A stretch of DNA of 64,000 nt from Candidatus Latescibacterota bacterium (lineage in GTDB: Bacteria > Latescibacterota > UBA2968). The stretch lies in NCBI GenBank assembly GCA_965198115.1, contig OZ240241.1:6784001-6848000 (forward strand), read 5' to 3'. Positions 11,004 to 21,286 of the stretch are shown here, one piece after another. The notes beneath the pieces were generated by a model. That model searched no databases. It was not told where the DNA came from and saw only the letters and a list, made by a program, of their open reading frames with translations. The translations under genes and the position numbers were made by a program. Each line of letters starts with the position of its first letter. Position 1 is the stretch's first letter.

Positions 11004-11296
11004 GGGTCATCTCAGTCTGATTCGAAACGGTGCATACCATCGCAAAGGTCATCAGTGCGGGCACGATGGAGATTTCGGCCCACGTGAGCTGTCCGTCGAC
11101 GAAGACAAAAAAGGACTAAGATTGGGGAAAGACAAACCCATCCAGAACGGACGTCGGGAGTAGGGACACGTAATCACGGAGAGAATGAAGTGGCTGAAAC
11201 GGGCGCAACGGACTATCCCCGGCCCGCGATCTGTCGACAGGAGGCGCGATCCCGACTCCACGAAGTACGATCCCCCTGGGACGACTGGAGCATCTC

Positions 11297-12385
11297 GTGT
11301 CACACGAAGCGAGCGGTGCCTACTCACCCGATCGGGTGATCAGCCCGCTGGTGCGACTGGCGGTTCGACAAAAGCATTCCGCGGGTCCGCGTTACCAGGA
11401 GGCGCTCAGCTATACCTTCCTGGTCCACTCCATGAAGTTCGCTCGTGTGACGCAGATGGACGATGGCCGCTTGATGATGATTGCCTCGGGTTGGCTCGAA
11501 GAGGGGCAGAACGGTGAGTGCAGCTGTTTTATCATTTACTCGGATGACGAGGGTCAGAGTTGGACCCAGCCACGTGAGATCCACCGGAACGCCCTGAGCC
11601 GGTCAACCTAGGTGGGCAGCGGCTGCTGATCGTCCCCAACGACGATCCCGGCTTTACGTGCTTCAGTGACGATTGCGGCAAGACGTGGAGCGAAAAGAAA
11701 TCCTTTCCGCCCCTGCCGGACGGCCGCGTGACGACGCGTCATGGCACAATCCTCGTCGAAGGGGAGACCGTCTCGGGCGTGTTTGCGACCGAGGACAATT
11801 CTGACGCCTCGGGTTGGACGGCAAGATCGCTGATCCGGCGCAGCCGCGACGGCGGTCGGACCTGGAACGAGGGCATCTGGCTGCCGCGGGAATGGCAGGT
11901 CTCCGAAGGCGCGTTAGCCCGAGCGGCGGACGGCGCCCTAGTTGTCTCGCTACGTACCGCTCAGACACCCGGCATGCCGAGCACCTGCGACCATTGGCGA
12001 CGGATCACCACGGCCCGCTCCGTCGATGACGGGCTGACGTGGACAGACCATCAGGTGCATTTCGACTACGGCAAAGTGCACAGCGGTCTTGTGACCTTGC
12101 GAAACGGCGATATTCTGATGACCTATGCCGCCCGTATGGGGGAGCTCTACCACGGCATCGAGGCCGTGCTGAGCAGCGATCACGGCAAGACCTGGGACTG
12201 GGACAGCCGCTTCGTACTCTTCCGCTGGGCCATGCACCAGTCGATGCACAGCCCCGTGTCGGTCGAACTCGCGGACGGTCGCATTCTTCCTATACCACTA
12301 TGATGCCCCTTGGGGCGAAGGCAGTTTCAACTCGACGGTGCTGGGCATGACCTCTGTAGTGATCTGGTCGCCGTACGATACCTGA
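11297..12385 (+). pseudogene. BNR/sialidase-like protein broken by frameshifts near 11590 and 12290
   Basis: Asp boxes SDDEGQSW, SDDCGKTW, SRDGGRTW, SVDDGLTW, SSDHGKTW across the first two frames; the C-terminus (LYHYDAPW..VIWSP) is in a third segment. Confidence 0.75.
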
Positions 12386-12414
12386 CCCAGCTCGGGTAAA
12401 CCGGAAGGCATGCG

Positions 12415-13488
12415 TCACGGCAGGCGCGGTAGCACTTCCTCCTTCAGCAGCTTCATCGAGTGCAGCCACGGCTCTCTGGGTTCCCACTCGTGGCCCATCG
12501 CCAGCAACACGCCGAAACCGCCGACTTCATCGTGGAGCTTCTGCAACTGGCTGACCACGTCGTCGGGGCTGCCCACAATCCAGATGTTGTCGAGAATGTA
12601 CTCCACCGTTACGTCGGAATCCGGCATGTCGGGATCTGTCTTCATCAGATCGAGCATGCGGACCTTAGGCAGCAGGTGCAGGAAGTAATCCCGGAAATCG
12701 CGCGCCGGGGTACCCTCGAGCGCCAGGCGGCGCGCTTCTTCGGTGGTGTCGGCGACGACGACCTCACGGGCGATACGCCACTGTGAGCGGTTGGCTTCGA
12801 TCCCGGCCTGGGCCGCTCCTTCGGCCACCGCCTCCCAGTGCGTCTTCAGTACGCGGGTCGGCACGATATTGATGCTCATCGGAATCCAGCCGCGGGCGCC
12901 GGCCGTTACCAGTGTGCCTGATTTGACGGTCACGCCCGCCACACCGATCGGGGGGTGTGGCTTCTGGTACGGCTCGAGGTGAAAACGCAGGCCGATCTCG
13001 TCGTCGACGGCGGGCACCGTAAAGCGCCAGAACCTGTGCTCGTAGAGACCCGGCTCGGGATCTCTCCAAAGCTTCAGCACCAGCTCAATGGCGTCGCTCG
13101 TCATGCCGCGCTGCTCGCCGGTTTTGGGGTCGAACCCGAAGACCTCGAAGTCGCCGGGGAATCCGCCGGAGCCGACGCCCCAGTTGAAGCGGCCGCGACA
13201 CATGTGGTCGAGCTGGGCGATGCGACTGGCAACCATGAACGGGTTGTGGTTCGGCATGCAGGTGACGCCGGTTCCGAGCACGATGTCACTCGTCTGTTTG
13301 ATGGCACTGGCGATCAGCAGATCGGGGGCCGGGATGTTCTCCCAGACGCTGGTGAAGTGCTCGCCGATCCAGGCCTCTTTGAATCCGAGCTGGTCGAGGA
13401 TGATCAGCTGTTCGAGGTCGCTGTCCAACCCCTCCGTGAAGTTGCTCCCCGGAGGGTGCAGCGGCATCGTGAAAAAACCGAGTTCCAT
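12415..13488 (-). CDS. Luciferase-like (LLM class) flavin-dependent monooxygenase
   Basis: MELGFFTMPLHP, AWIGEHF, LDHMCRGRFNWGVGSG, PYQKPHPPI. Confidence 0.9.
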   Translation of the reverse strand: MELGFFTMPLHPPGSNFTEGLDSDLEQLIILDQLGFKEAWIGEHFTSVWENIPAPDLLIASAIKQTSDIVLGTGVTCMPNHNPFMVASRIAQLDHMCRGRFNWGVGSGGFPGDFEVFGFDPKTGEQRGMTSDAIELVLKLWRDPEPGLYEHRFWRFTVPAVDDEIGLRFHLEPYQKPHPPIGVAGVTVKSGTLVTAGARGWIPMSINIVPTRVLKTHWEAVAEGAAQAGIEANRSQWRIAREVVVADTTEEARRLALEGTPARDFRDYFLHLLPKVRMLDLMKTDPDMPDSDVTVEYILDNIWIVGSPDDVVSQLQKLHDEVGGFGVLLAMGHEWEPREPWLHSMKLLKEEVLPRLP

Positions 13489-13607
13489 CAGGTTTTCCAA
13501 TCTGTTGAGGATGAATGCAGGCAGCGGCGCGTGGAGCGTGCGGGTGAGGCTCACCTATGTCGGGGGGCATATCCACACCATAGCCCACTTTTGTCAAGCC
13601 CTGCGAC

Positions 13608-15153
13608 TCACGCCATCCAGAACGCGTAGAGGCGGGCCGATTGGAGGTGGAAGCGCAGCCGCACCGGCTTGTGAGGAAGGGTGTCCAGGTCTCTCGCTTC
13701 CCAACTTACAGACAGCGCGGTGCCATCTCCCGTCACTGGGCGGCAGTTTTCGGCTGTGAAGTCCGCGAGCGGTTCTCCCTGCTCGTCCAACACTGCAACA
13801 CGGAGGCTGCCTCCCTCGTCAACGGCGGCGTTGACGTGTAACTGCCGCCCTTCAAACGTGAGCGGGCGCGTCGTGACCTGGCCGGGCGCTTCGTCTGCGA
13901 CCAGGGAGGCGAACCCATCACGACGCAGTGTCGCCAGCCCCATGGCCATGGTCGATTCGACGTCTGTGTCGGGGTTGCGCTGACCAAGCATCTCGCTGCC
14001 GCGATAGAAGAACCAGAGCTCATCATCCACGAGCAGAGGGCCCTGATGATTGATCTCGGAGTAGTCGGGCTCCCAGCTGCCCTCCGGACCAAGCGGGAGA
14101 AAGGTCTCGCGGTTGCAGGCCCGACTCCAGGTGCGTCCGTCGTGGCTGGTCATGAGCTGAACATCGACCCGCTTCCACGGCTCTTCGCGATGGACGCGCA
14201 GAAAACCAAGCCACATGCCCTCATACGGCACGCCGAGCAGACCGTAGAAGCCGATCGTGCCCTGCGCGAGATCTTCGCGATCCGGGAACGCCACCACCAG
14301 CGGTCGCGACCAGTGAAACAGGTCGTCGCTCTCCAGCTGGAGCCGGAAGCGGTGCCCGCCGCCCTGGATGTCGCGACGAAGAGTGCCCTTGGCATCGCAC
14401 ACATACGTTTGCAGTTTCGCGTCCCAACGGACGTGACCGGTATCGCCCAAACGGGGAAGTGGTAGCGTCGGTTTCTCACCGGACTGCGGCCGAGGGCCAT
14501 ACGGCATCATCTCGCCGTCCACGTCCCACCGAATGCCATCTTGCGACGTGTAGAGATAGTAGCCTTCCTCGGCGATCCACTCTGGCGAGCGACCCGGTGA
14601 ATTGTGTTCCCACACGGCCTTCCACGGCGCTCGCTCGTCCTGCGGCTCGTGGATCAGGCCACGCAGGTCACCCGCCGGCAAGATGAGGTTGTTCGCTTTC
14701 GAGCCTTCCCACGAGTAGAGACCGAGTTGCGGGCGCTCCCAGTGGATTCCATCGCCAGATTCGGCGTAGAGGTTGGGCCAGTCATACGTTCGTCCATCCC
14801 CTCTGTAGGTGGTTCGGGAGCGATACCACAGACGAAAGCGTCCGGTGTGCTCATCGCGGAGGCAGTACCAATACCGGGGCCGGAGGCTCCCACGGATGCT
14901 CCGGCACGAGCACGGGATTGGCCGGATGCTTCTCTGGCTGATGCAACTGCCGGCGCACGCCCTGACACCCGGCGATCAGGTAGTCGTCCACGAACAGCTG
15001 CCGGCTGTGATCGATCTTGACGGGCCACCCGGCGACGTCGACCGGGTGCATGAAGGCGTCGTCGTGCAACACACCCCATCCATCGAAATGACGCGACCAG
15101 GCCGGGTCCTCCGCAAGCTCCAGCGCCTCTTCGGGCGTTATTCCAGTGACCAT
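13608..15153 (-). pseudogene. Putative five-bladed beta-propeller glycosidase-like protein, frameshift near 14865
   Basis: RQLFVDD..LHQPEKHPANP, DGIHWERPQLG, LRRDGF, LHVNA, LYAF; paralog of 16436..17868. Confidence 0.65.
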
Positions 15154-15311
15154 CGTTCCTTCCTTTCGTCATACTTACCGAGGGCGGACAAGGAGAATAA
15201 GAATGTTCCTCTTCGGCCGCTAACCGGAATACCATGGCGCCCGCTGGCAAGGGGGTGTACTGTTGGTCATCCCGAATTGCACTGAATGAGTTAAACGATG
15301 GGAGCGCACGG

Positions 15312-15797
15312 ATGACCACGACGATCGGACTCGACCACATCGGTTTCAGCGTTTCGGACCTCGATCGCTCCATCGCCTTCTACAACCTTCTACTGGAGCG
15401 TGAGCCGGTGCTGCGTAGACATTACCCCGAAGAATACGTGGCGCGAGTTGTCGGCTACGACGAGATCGACATGGACGCGGCCTTCTTCGAGATCGGCGAC
15501 AGTGGTATGGTCCTGGAGCTCCTGGAGTATCGTGAACCGCCGAGCGCTCGGGTCGACATGGAAACCTACAACGTCGGCAACGCGCACCTGTGCCTGGTTG
15601 TCGCCGATCTGCAGGCCGAGTACGACCGTCTGATCCCCCACGGGGTCAGGTTTCGCTCCGAGACACCCGTCGATATTCCGATTGGTCCGTACACGGGAGG
15701 CAAAGCCTGTTACCTGCGAGACCCCGATGGCATCAGCATCGAGCTTTTGGAACCGCCACCCGCTGGAAGGCCGGATTTCTCCGGCACGAAAGGATGA
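15312..15797 (+). CDS. VOC/glyoxalase-family protein
   Basis: DHIGFSVSDLDRSIAFY, LELLEY, HLCL, YLRDPDGISIEL. Confidence 0.9.
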   Translation: MTTTIGLDHIGFSVSDLDRSIAFYNLLLEREPVLRRHYPEEYVARVVGYDEIDMDAAFFEIGDSGMVLELLEYREPPSARVDMETYNVGNAHLCLVVADLQAEYDRLIPHGVRFRSETPVDIPIGPYTGGKACYLRDPDGISIELLEPPPAGRPDFSGTKG

Positions 15798-15856
15798 GTC
15801 CACGAGATGCGGTCAGCCAGCCACGAGACATCGAAATTGAGTAAAAGAGTTAGGTC

Positions 15857-16423
15857 GTGACCGTTCGCCCACAGGGTGAGCTTCTGTGGTGTGGAGAACA
15901 CTGGATTGCTTACGTGCGGCCCTCAGGAACAGAGCACGAAAGCGGTCTGGTGAGTCTGTACCACGCCTACGCGAGCCCTGCCGGTACGGGCACGGCAGCG
16001 TTCGTGCAGATTCCGAGGGAGGATGGCTTTGTGGGGTTGTGCACGGATAACGAAGCCTTCGCGGCGTTTGTCAAGCAGACGCAGGTTACTTCTTCTGCGC
16101 CGTATGATGTGGGAATGCCGGTCGTGAATGCGCAGTTTCGGAAGAGCGGCGACGTCCTGGAACGGCCGACGTGGACCATCGAAGCCATCGATCGGCAGGT
16201 GGTGATATCTTGGTGGGACCTTCAAGCGCCGCTGGTGGGACCGCCAACGCTGCATCCAAGGATCGTGTTCACGATTCTTGTCTTCGCGGAGGATGCTGCG
16301 ATCGAGCTGGATGGCAGGAAGGTGGTCGGAGCGCCTTACCCACGGGAAGCCTGGGCGAAAAGCCTGGGCACGCCGATGAGCTCGTGCGTGTTTGCGCTGG
16401 CAGAGACGATGGTTCGAGAGTAG
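15857..16423 (+). CDS. Hypothetical protein
   Basis: 188-aa ORF co-directional with the VOC gene, protein-like composition; no motif recognised. Confidence 0.65.
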   Translation: MTVRPQGELLWCGEHWIAYVRPSGTEHESGLVSLYHAYASPAGTGTAAFVQIPREDGFVGLCTDNEAFAAFVKQTQVTSSAPYDVGMPVVNAQFRKSGDVLERPTWTIEAIDRQVVISWWDLQAPLVGPPTLHPRIVFTILVFAEDAAIELDGRKVVGAPYPREAWAKSLGTPMSSCVFALAETMVRE

Positions 16424-16435
16424 CAGGATTCGGCG

Positions 16436-17868
16436 TCAGCCCGTTTGTCTGAAGGCGTAGAGGCTGGCGTTCTGCAGGTAGAACTTCAGCCGAATTCGCT
16501 TGCCCCTGAGTGAATCGAAAACAGCATCCTTCCACGTCATCCGCTGACAGACAGAGTCACCGTCGAAAAGAGCCGAGTAGACCCGCGCGAAGCCGGATTG
16601 CTCGTACCCCTCCTCGTCCAACACGGCGACGGAAACCTGACCGCCTCGCGCCGAGGCGTTGATCTCCAGATCGCCGCCAGCACATTCGAACGGTCCGGTC
16701 ACCAGATGACCGCCGTCTTCTCCTGCATCGACCGATACGAATCCGTCGAGACGAAGTTTGGCCAGGCAGATCGGGCCGCTGCGACCGGTCCGCCCGTGCT
16801 CTACCGCACTCGGTGAATAGTAGAACCAGAGCTCGTCATCCACGATCAAAGGCGTGTTGGCCATATAGATCTCGCCCGCGTCGATGCTGTTCGGCGGACC
16901 GTTCGGCAAGAAGGTGGCCCTGTTCGCTGTCCGGTTCCAGTGAATGCCGTCCCGGCTGTCGGCGAGTTGGACGTCAACTTTGCCGAAGAAGCTGATCTGC
17001 CGCTCTTCGGGCGGCGTGTGGTAGGCATAGAGCAGGCCGATGTAGTGGTCTTCGTAGGTGAAGACCGGCATGCCGTAGAACTCCAGACCGGGCGGATCTT
17101 CGCCGTCGGGGACGAGGATGTCTTCAGGGTCGGTCCAACTGTTGAAGTCGACGCTGATGGCGCGACCGATTCGCCGGGTCTTGTTGCCAGGTGGAGAGAA
17201 GGCCGCGCGTACGCGACATACTGGCCGTGGCGTTCGTCCCATCCGAGGAGGGTGTGGGCATCGCTGGATCGCTTGGAGACCGGATTGCCGTCGTACTTGG
17301 TCCAGCGAAGACCGTCGGGGGAGAAGCCGACAGAGAATCCGTCGCCCTCATTGCTGGTTCCGTCCTTTTCGCGGCTCTCGAAAAACAAGGACTTGTAGCG
17401 TCGAGCGGGATCCGGGTCGCGCGGGTCGTAAATGACGTTGCCACTGCTGGCATTGACGAGGACGATGTTGTTGTCCCTAGATCCTTCGTATTCGACAAGA
17501 CCGAGGTTGGGTCGGTCCCAGAAGATGCCGTCGCGAGACGTGGCATAGCAGTACATATACAGCAGGTTGTTCGGGTCGAACCCCATGTGCGCCCACTTCG
17601 AGGTGTCTTTCGACCCCATCTGGCGGACACCCATGCCGCCGTAGCCGGTATACCACATTCGCAGCAAACCCGGATCTTCCGGGTCGCGCATCACGTTTCC
17701 GTAGAGCGTGATCCGGCCCTCCCAGGAGTAGAGTGGGAACATCAGTGGATTACCGGCGTACTTGGCCGGCTGATGGAGCGTGTAGGACAAGCCTTGCAGT
17801 TTGTCGACGATGAGGTCATCCAGAAACAGCTACTTTTTGGAACCTACTTGAATTGATGCGTCGGCCAT
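16436..17868 (-). pseudogene. Putative five-bladed beta-propeller glycosidase-like protein; TAG at 17830-17832 and frameshift near 17197
   Basis: MADASIQVGSKK*LFLDD..LHQPAKYAGNP, DGIFWDRPNLG, LRLDGF, LEINA, LYAF. Confidence 0.7.
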
Positions 17869-18141
17869 GGTCTCATCCACTCCAGGGTCTGGTCGTTTGG
17901 TGAACGCGCCAAAATAGGCCGCCCCATGGTCAGATGCAAGAAGCAGCCGGATCAGCCAAGAGGCGATTCAATCGAAGCCGCCTGTTCGCGGGCTTGGGTC
18001 GTTCGATGAGATCGAACGGCTCCGATCGCGACATCGCAGAAATTCCGAGGAACTCGAAAACGGGGTCGCTATATTCAGCGGGTTCAGATGGGCGTACTCG
18101 CACCGTTTTACGAGTCCACTCGGACGCCAAGGATGGGATTT

Positions 18142-19311
18142 ATGAAAAGTTCAGCTGACGCGGTGGTCATCGGAGGCGGAATCCTGGGGGTCAGCACGGT
18201 CCACTTCCTCGCCAAGCTGGGGGTCGGGTCTGTGGTCCTTGTGGAAAAGAGGACACTCGCAGCCGTTAGTACGGGGCATTCTGCGGCTGCGATCCGCACG
18301 TTCTATTCGAATCCGCTTACGATTCAGCTAGCCCAGCGAGCAGTCCAGATGTTTTCGAACGCTGGTCAGGAAATCGGGGGTGACTGCGGCTTCAATCAAG
18401 CAGGCTATCTGACGCTGTTGAGCCTCGAAGCATTGGAAGCCGGCCGAAAAGTTGTTGAAATGGAACGTGCCGCGGGGATTCGGGTGGAAGAGTTGACGCG
18501 AGAAGACATTCACGACCGTCTTCCGATGGTCAATCTCGACGGCATCGACTGCGGTGTGCTGGAGCCGGACTCGGGCTACGTCGACCCTGTCATGACGACG
18601 CAGACTCTTGCACGAACTGCCGAGTCGTGGGGGTTGACAGTCTACGAAGGTGCCGGGGCCACAGGCATCCGAACAGATGGCGGGCGTGTTGCCAGTGTGG
18701 AAACGGAACAGGGCTCGATTGATACCCCCGTCGTGGTCAACGCCGCAGGGGGCTGGGGGGGTCGCGTCGGGTCCTGGGTGGGGCTGAAATACTCACTCCG
18801 CTGGAGTCGGGAGGTCGATATCGTCCTGGAGGTGCCCTTCGACACGGATGCGTTCCCCTGGCTTTCCGACCCACAGATCCGCTTTTACTCCCGCCAGGCT
18901 GGTCCGCGACAGCTGCTTGTGGGTCTGGGATTCCCAAAGGAGATCGAGCCGCTGGACATCGACAATTACAGCGAGGAGCTCGATGACCCGACGAGGGAAA
19001 GGATCGAGGAGCTACTCTTTGAACGCATTCCGACGGCGAAGAACAGCAGCCTCGTTCGCGGCTGGGCATCCATGTACACGATCACCGACGACTGGCATCC
19101 TCTTATCGGGCCGGAACCGGATGTGCCGGGATACTATGCCTGCGTGGCTGGAAACGGACACTGCTTCAAACTCGGTCCACCGATCGGCGAATCCCTCGCG
19201 CACGTGATCGCGGGGAAGGATCCGCCATCCGATCTTCATCCACTCAGACCCTCACGCTTCGTGGAAGGTGATTACTTTACGTCGGTGTGGGGAGGCGGAA
19301 ACAGAGCCTGA
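18142..19311 (+). CDS. FAD-dependent amine/amino-acid oxidoreductase (DAO / sarcosine oxidase beta-like)
   Basis: VVIGGGILG dinucleotide motif, STGHSAA, VVNAAG, GHCFKLGP. Confidence 0.9.
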   Translation: MKSSADAVVIGGGILGVSTVHFLAKLGVGSVVLVEKRTLAAVSTGHSAAAIRTFYSNPLTIQLAQRAVQMFSNAGQEIGGDCGFNQAGYLTLLSLEALEAGRKVVEMERAAGIRVEELTREDIHDRLPMVNLDGIDCGVLEPDSGYVDPVMTTQTLARTAESWGLTVYEGAGATGIRTDGGRVASVETEQGSIDTPVVVNAAGGWGGRVGSWVGLKYSLRWSREVDIVLEVPFDTDAFPWLSDPQIRFYSRQAGPRQLLVGLGFPKEIEPLDIDNYSEELDDPTRERIEELLFERIPTAKNSSLVRGWASMYTITDDWHPLIGPEPDVPGYYACVAGNGHCFKLGPPIGESLAHVIAGKDPPSDLHPLRPSRFVEGDYFTSVWGGGNRA

Positions 19312-19322
19312 GAACCCAATCT

Positions 19323-19349
19323 TCGCCCCCGTGCGGAGCACAGGGGCGA
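19323..19349 (+). terminator. GC-rich hairpin after the oxidoreductase gene
   Basis: TCGCCCC-CGTGC-GGA-GCAC-AGGGGCGA stem; no clear U tract. Confidence 0.35.
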
Positions 19350-19412
19350 GCGTAACGCACTCTCTCAAACCGGCCCTGTATTAGTGATACCCGAGGATGA
19401 AAGAGCCACATC

Positions 19413-21128
19413 ATGAACGATCCCATTCAATTCGAAGTCATACGGAATGCTCTTGTCGAGACGACCGAGGAGATGTCCGTGGCCCTGCGGCGCAGCGCCT
19501 ACTCCACAAATATCAAGACGCGCTGCGACTACTCCTGTGCCCTCTTCGACAAAGATCTGAACGTGCTCGCCCAGTGCTTCGCCCAGGCGAATCACCTCGG
19601 ATCCATGGTCAGGATGGTTCCGATGGCGGTACGCGACTACGGTGCCGAAAACCTCGGCCCCGGCGACACGATCGTCATGAACGACCCCTACCTCGGCGGC
19701 GTTCACCTCAATGATATCTTCGTGATCTCGCCCGTTTACCACAGGGGGGAGATCTGTGGCTACGTCTCCAACCTCGCGCACCACGTCGACGTTGGGGGAG
19801 GTGCGCCTGCGAGTGTCGGCGCGTTCCGTGAAGTCTTTCAGGAGGGCATCATCATCCCACCGGTCAAGCTCGCCGTCGATGGCGAGATCAATAACGATGT
19901 GTTCCGCCTCATTCTTGGCCAGATCCGTTCGAAGCGCGAGACCGCCGGCGACTTCAGGGCCCAGATCGCCGCGAACAACACGGGCGCGCGTCGCTTTGTC
20001 AACTTGCTCGAGCGCTACGGATTCGAAACCGTCAACGAATACACGGATCGCCTGATCGACTATTCGGATCGACTCACACGCACGGAGGTTGCCAAACTCC
20101 CTCGTGGGGAATACTCCGCGGAAGGCGTTATCGACAATGATGGCTTCACCCAGGACCCCGTGAAGCTCGTCGCCCGAATCGTAATCGACGACGAGGGGAT
20201 CCTCTTCGACTTCAGAGGCTGCGACATCCAGCGGCCCGCACCGGTGAACTCCACATACTCCATGACGTATGCGGCGGCCGCGTACGTGCTCCGATGCGTT
20301 ATCGACATCGACGTACCGATCAATGCGGGATTCTACAGGTCCGTGCGGCTCCTCACGACTGAAGGAACCGTGGTACACTGCACCCCGCCCGCCCCTGTCG
20401 TCGGTGGATGGGAGACCCATACCCGTCTCGTCGAGGTCATCTTCAAAGCGTTGTCACAGGCGATTCCGGAACGGGTTCCTGCCGGAACCAAAGGGATGAT
20501 CTGCCATTCCGGCTTCGGGGGAATCGACTCCGCGAGCGGCGAATACTACTGCTTCCTCGAAACCATGGGCGGCGGATACGGAGGACGCTTCAGCAGCGAC
20601 GGGCCAGATGCCGTACAGACTCATGGACAGAACACCGAGAACGCGCCGATCGAAGAAACCGAAATGAACTATCCCGTTCGGATCGTGCGCTACGAACTCG
20701 TGGAGAACAGCGAAGGTCCGGGGAGGTTCCGCGGCGGTCTGGGGCTGCGACGCGACTACGAGTTCTTAAGCGGTGAAACAAGCTTCACCATTCTCTCAGA
20801 CAGAAATCGATGGGGACCGTCTGGACTGTTCGGAGGAATGGACGGCCGGAGAGCCAGCTACGTTCTCGAAACCGGAGGGGAAGTGAGGGAGGTCGGTTCG
20901 AAGGTGACACTGAACCTTCAGCCGGGGGAGATTGTCAGCTACCGGACCTGCGGGGGAGGCGGGTTCGGTCCTCCTGAGGAAAGGGATCCGGATCTCGTCC
21001 TCAAGGACGTGCGCGAGGGCAAGGTCAGCTTGTCTCGGGCGAGTGACATCTATCGCGTAGCTATCGACCCGGAGAGCTGGACCGTGGATGCAGCGGAGAC
21101 TGCGAGACTACGAGAAAATGCAAGCTAG
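19413..21128 (+). CDS. hyuB: Hydantoinase B / 5-oxoprolinase subunit
   Basis: RSAYSTNIK..DYSCA, NDPYLGGVHLND, HHVDVGG, GGGGFG. Confidence 0.92.
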   Translation: MNDPIQFEVIRNALVETTEEMSVALRRSAYSTNIKTRCDYSCALFDKDLNVLAQCFAQANHLGSMVRMVPMAVRDYGAENLGPGDTIVMNDPYLGGVHLNDIFVISPVYHRGEICGYVSNLAHHVDVGGGAPASVGAFREVFQEGIIIPPVKLAVDGEINNDVFRLILGQIRSKRETAGDFRAQIAANNTGARRFVNLLERYGFETVNEYTDRLIDYSDRLTRTEVAKLPRGEYSAEGVIDNDGFTQDPVKLVARIVIDDEGILFDFRGCDIQRPAPVNSTYSMTYAAAAYVLRCVIDIDVPINAGFYRSVRLLTTEGTVVHCTPPAPVVGGWETHTRLVEVIFKALSQAIPERVPAGTKGMICHSGFGGIDSASGEYYCFLETMGGGYGGRFSSDGPDAVQTHGQNTENAPIEETEMNYPVRIVRYELVENSEGPGRFRGGLGLRRDYEFLSGETSFTILSDRNRWGPSGLFGGMDGRRASYVLETGGEVREVGSKVTLNLQPGEIVSYRTCGGGGFGPPEERDPDLVLKDVREGKVSLSRASDIYRVAIDPESWTVDAAETARLRENAS

Positions 21129-21286
21129 CGTGAACCTACGCCTCCAGGTTGGCAGCAGAAAACAAGGTCGGCGAGAAGTCGCTGACGTGTGGCCTAAAAC
21201 ACCGTCACACTGAGCAGAAGCCTGCCCCGAACGAATGTGAGGGGAAGTGTCGGTCATAGAGAATCGCAATCAGAAACTCACACACC

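Noticed and set aside
55-17832. Stop-codon reassignment (alternative genetic code)
   Set aside because: The two in-frame TAGs correspond to different expected residues (Trp and Gln), and many intact genes end normally in TAG or TGA.
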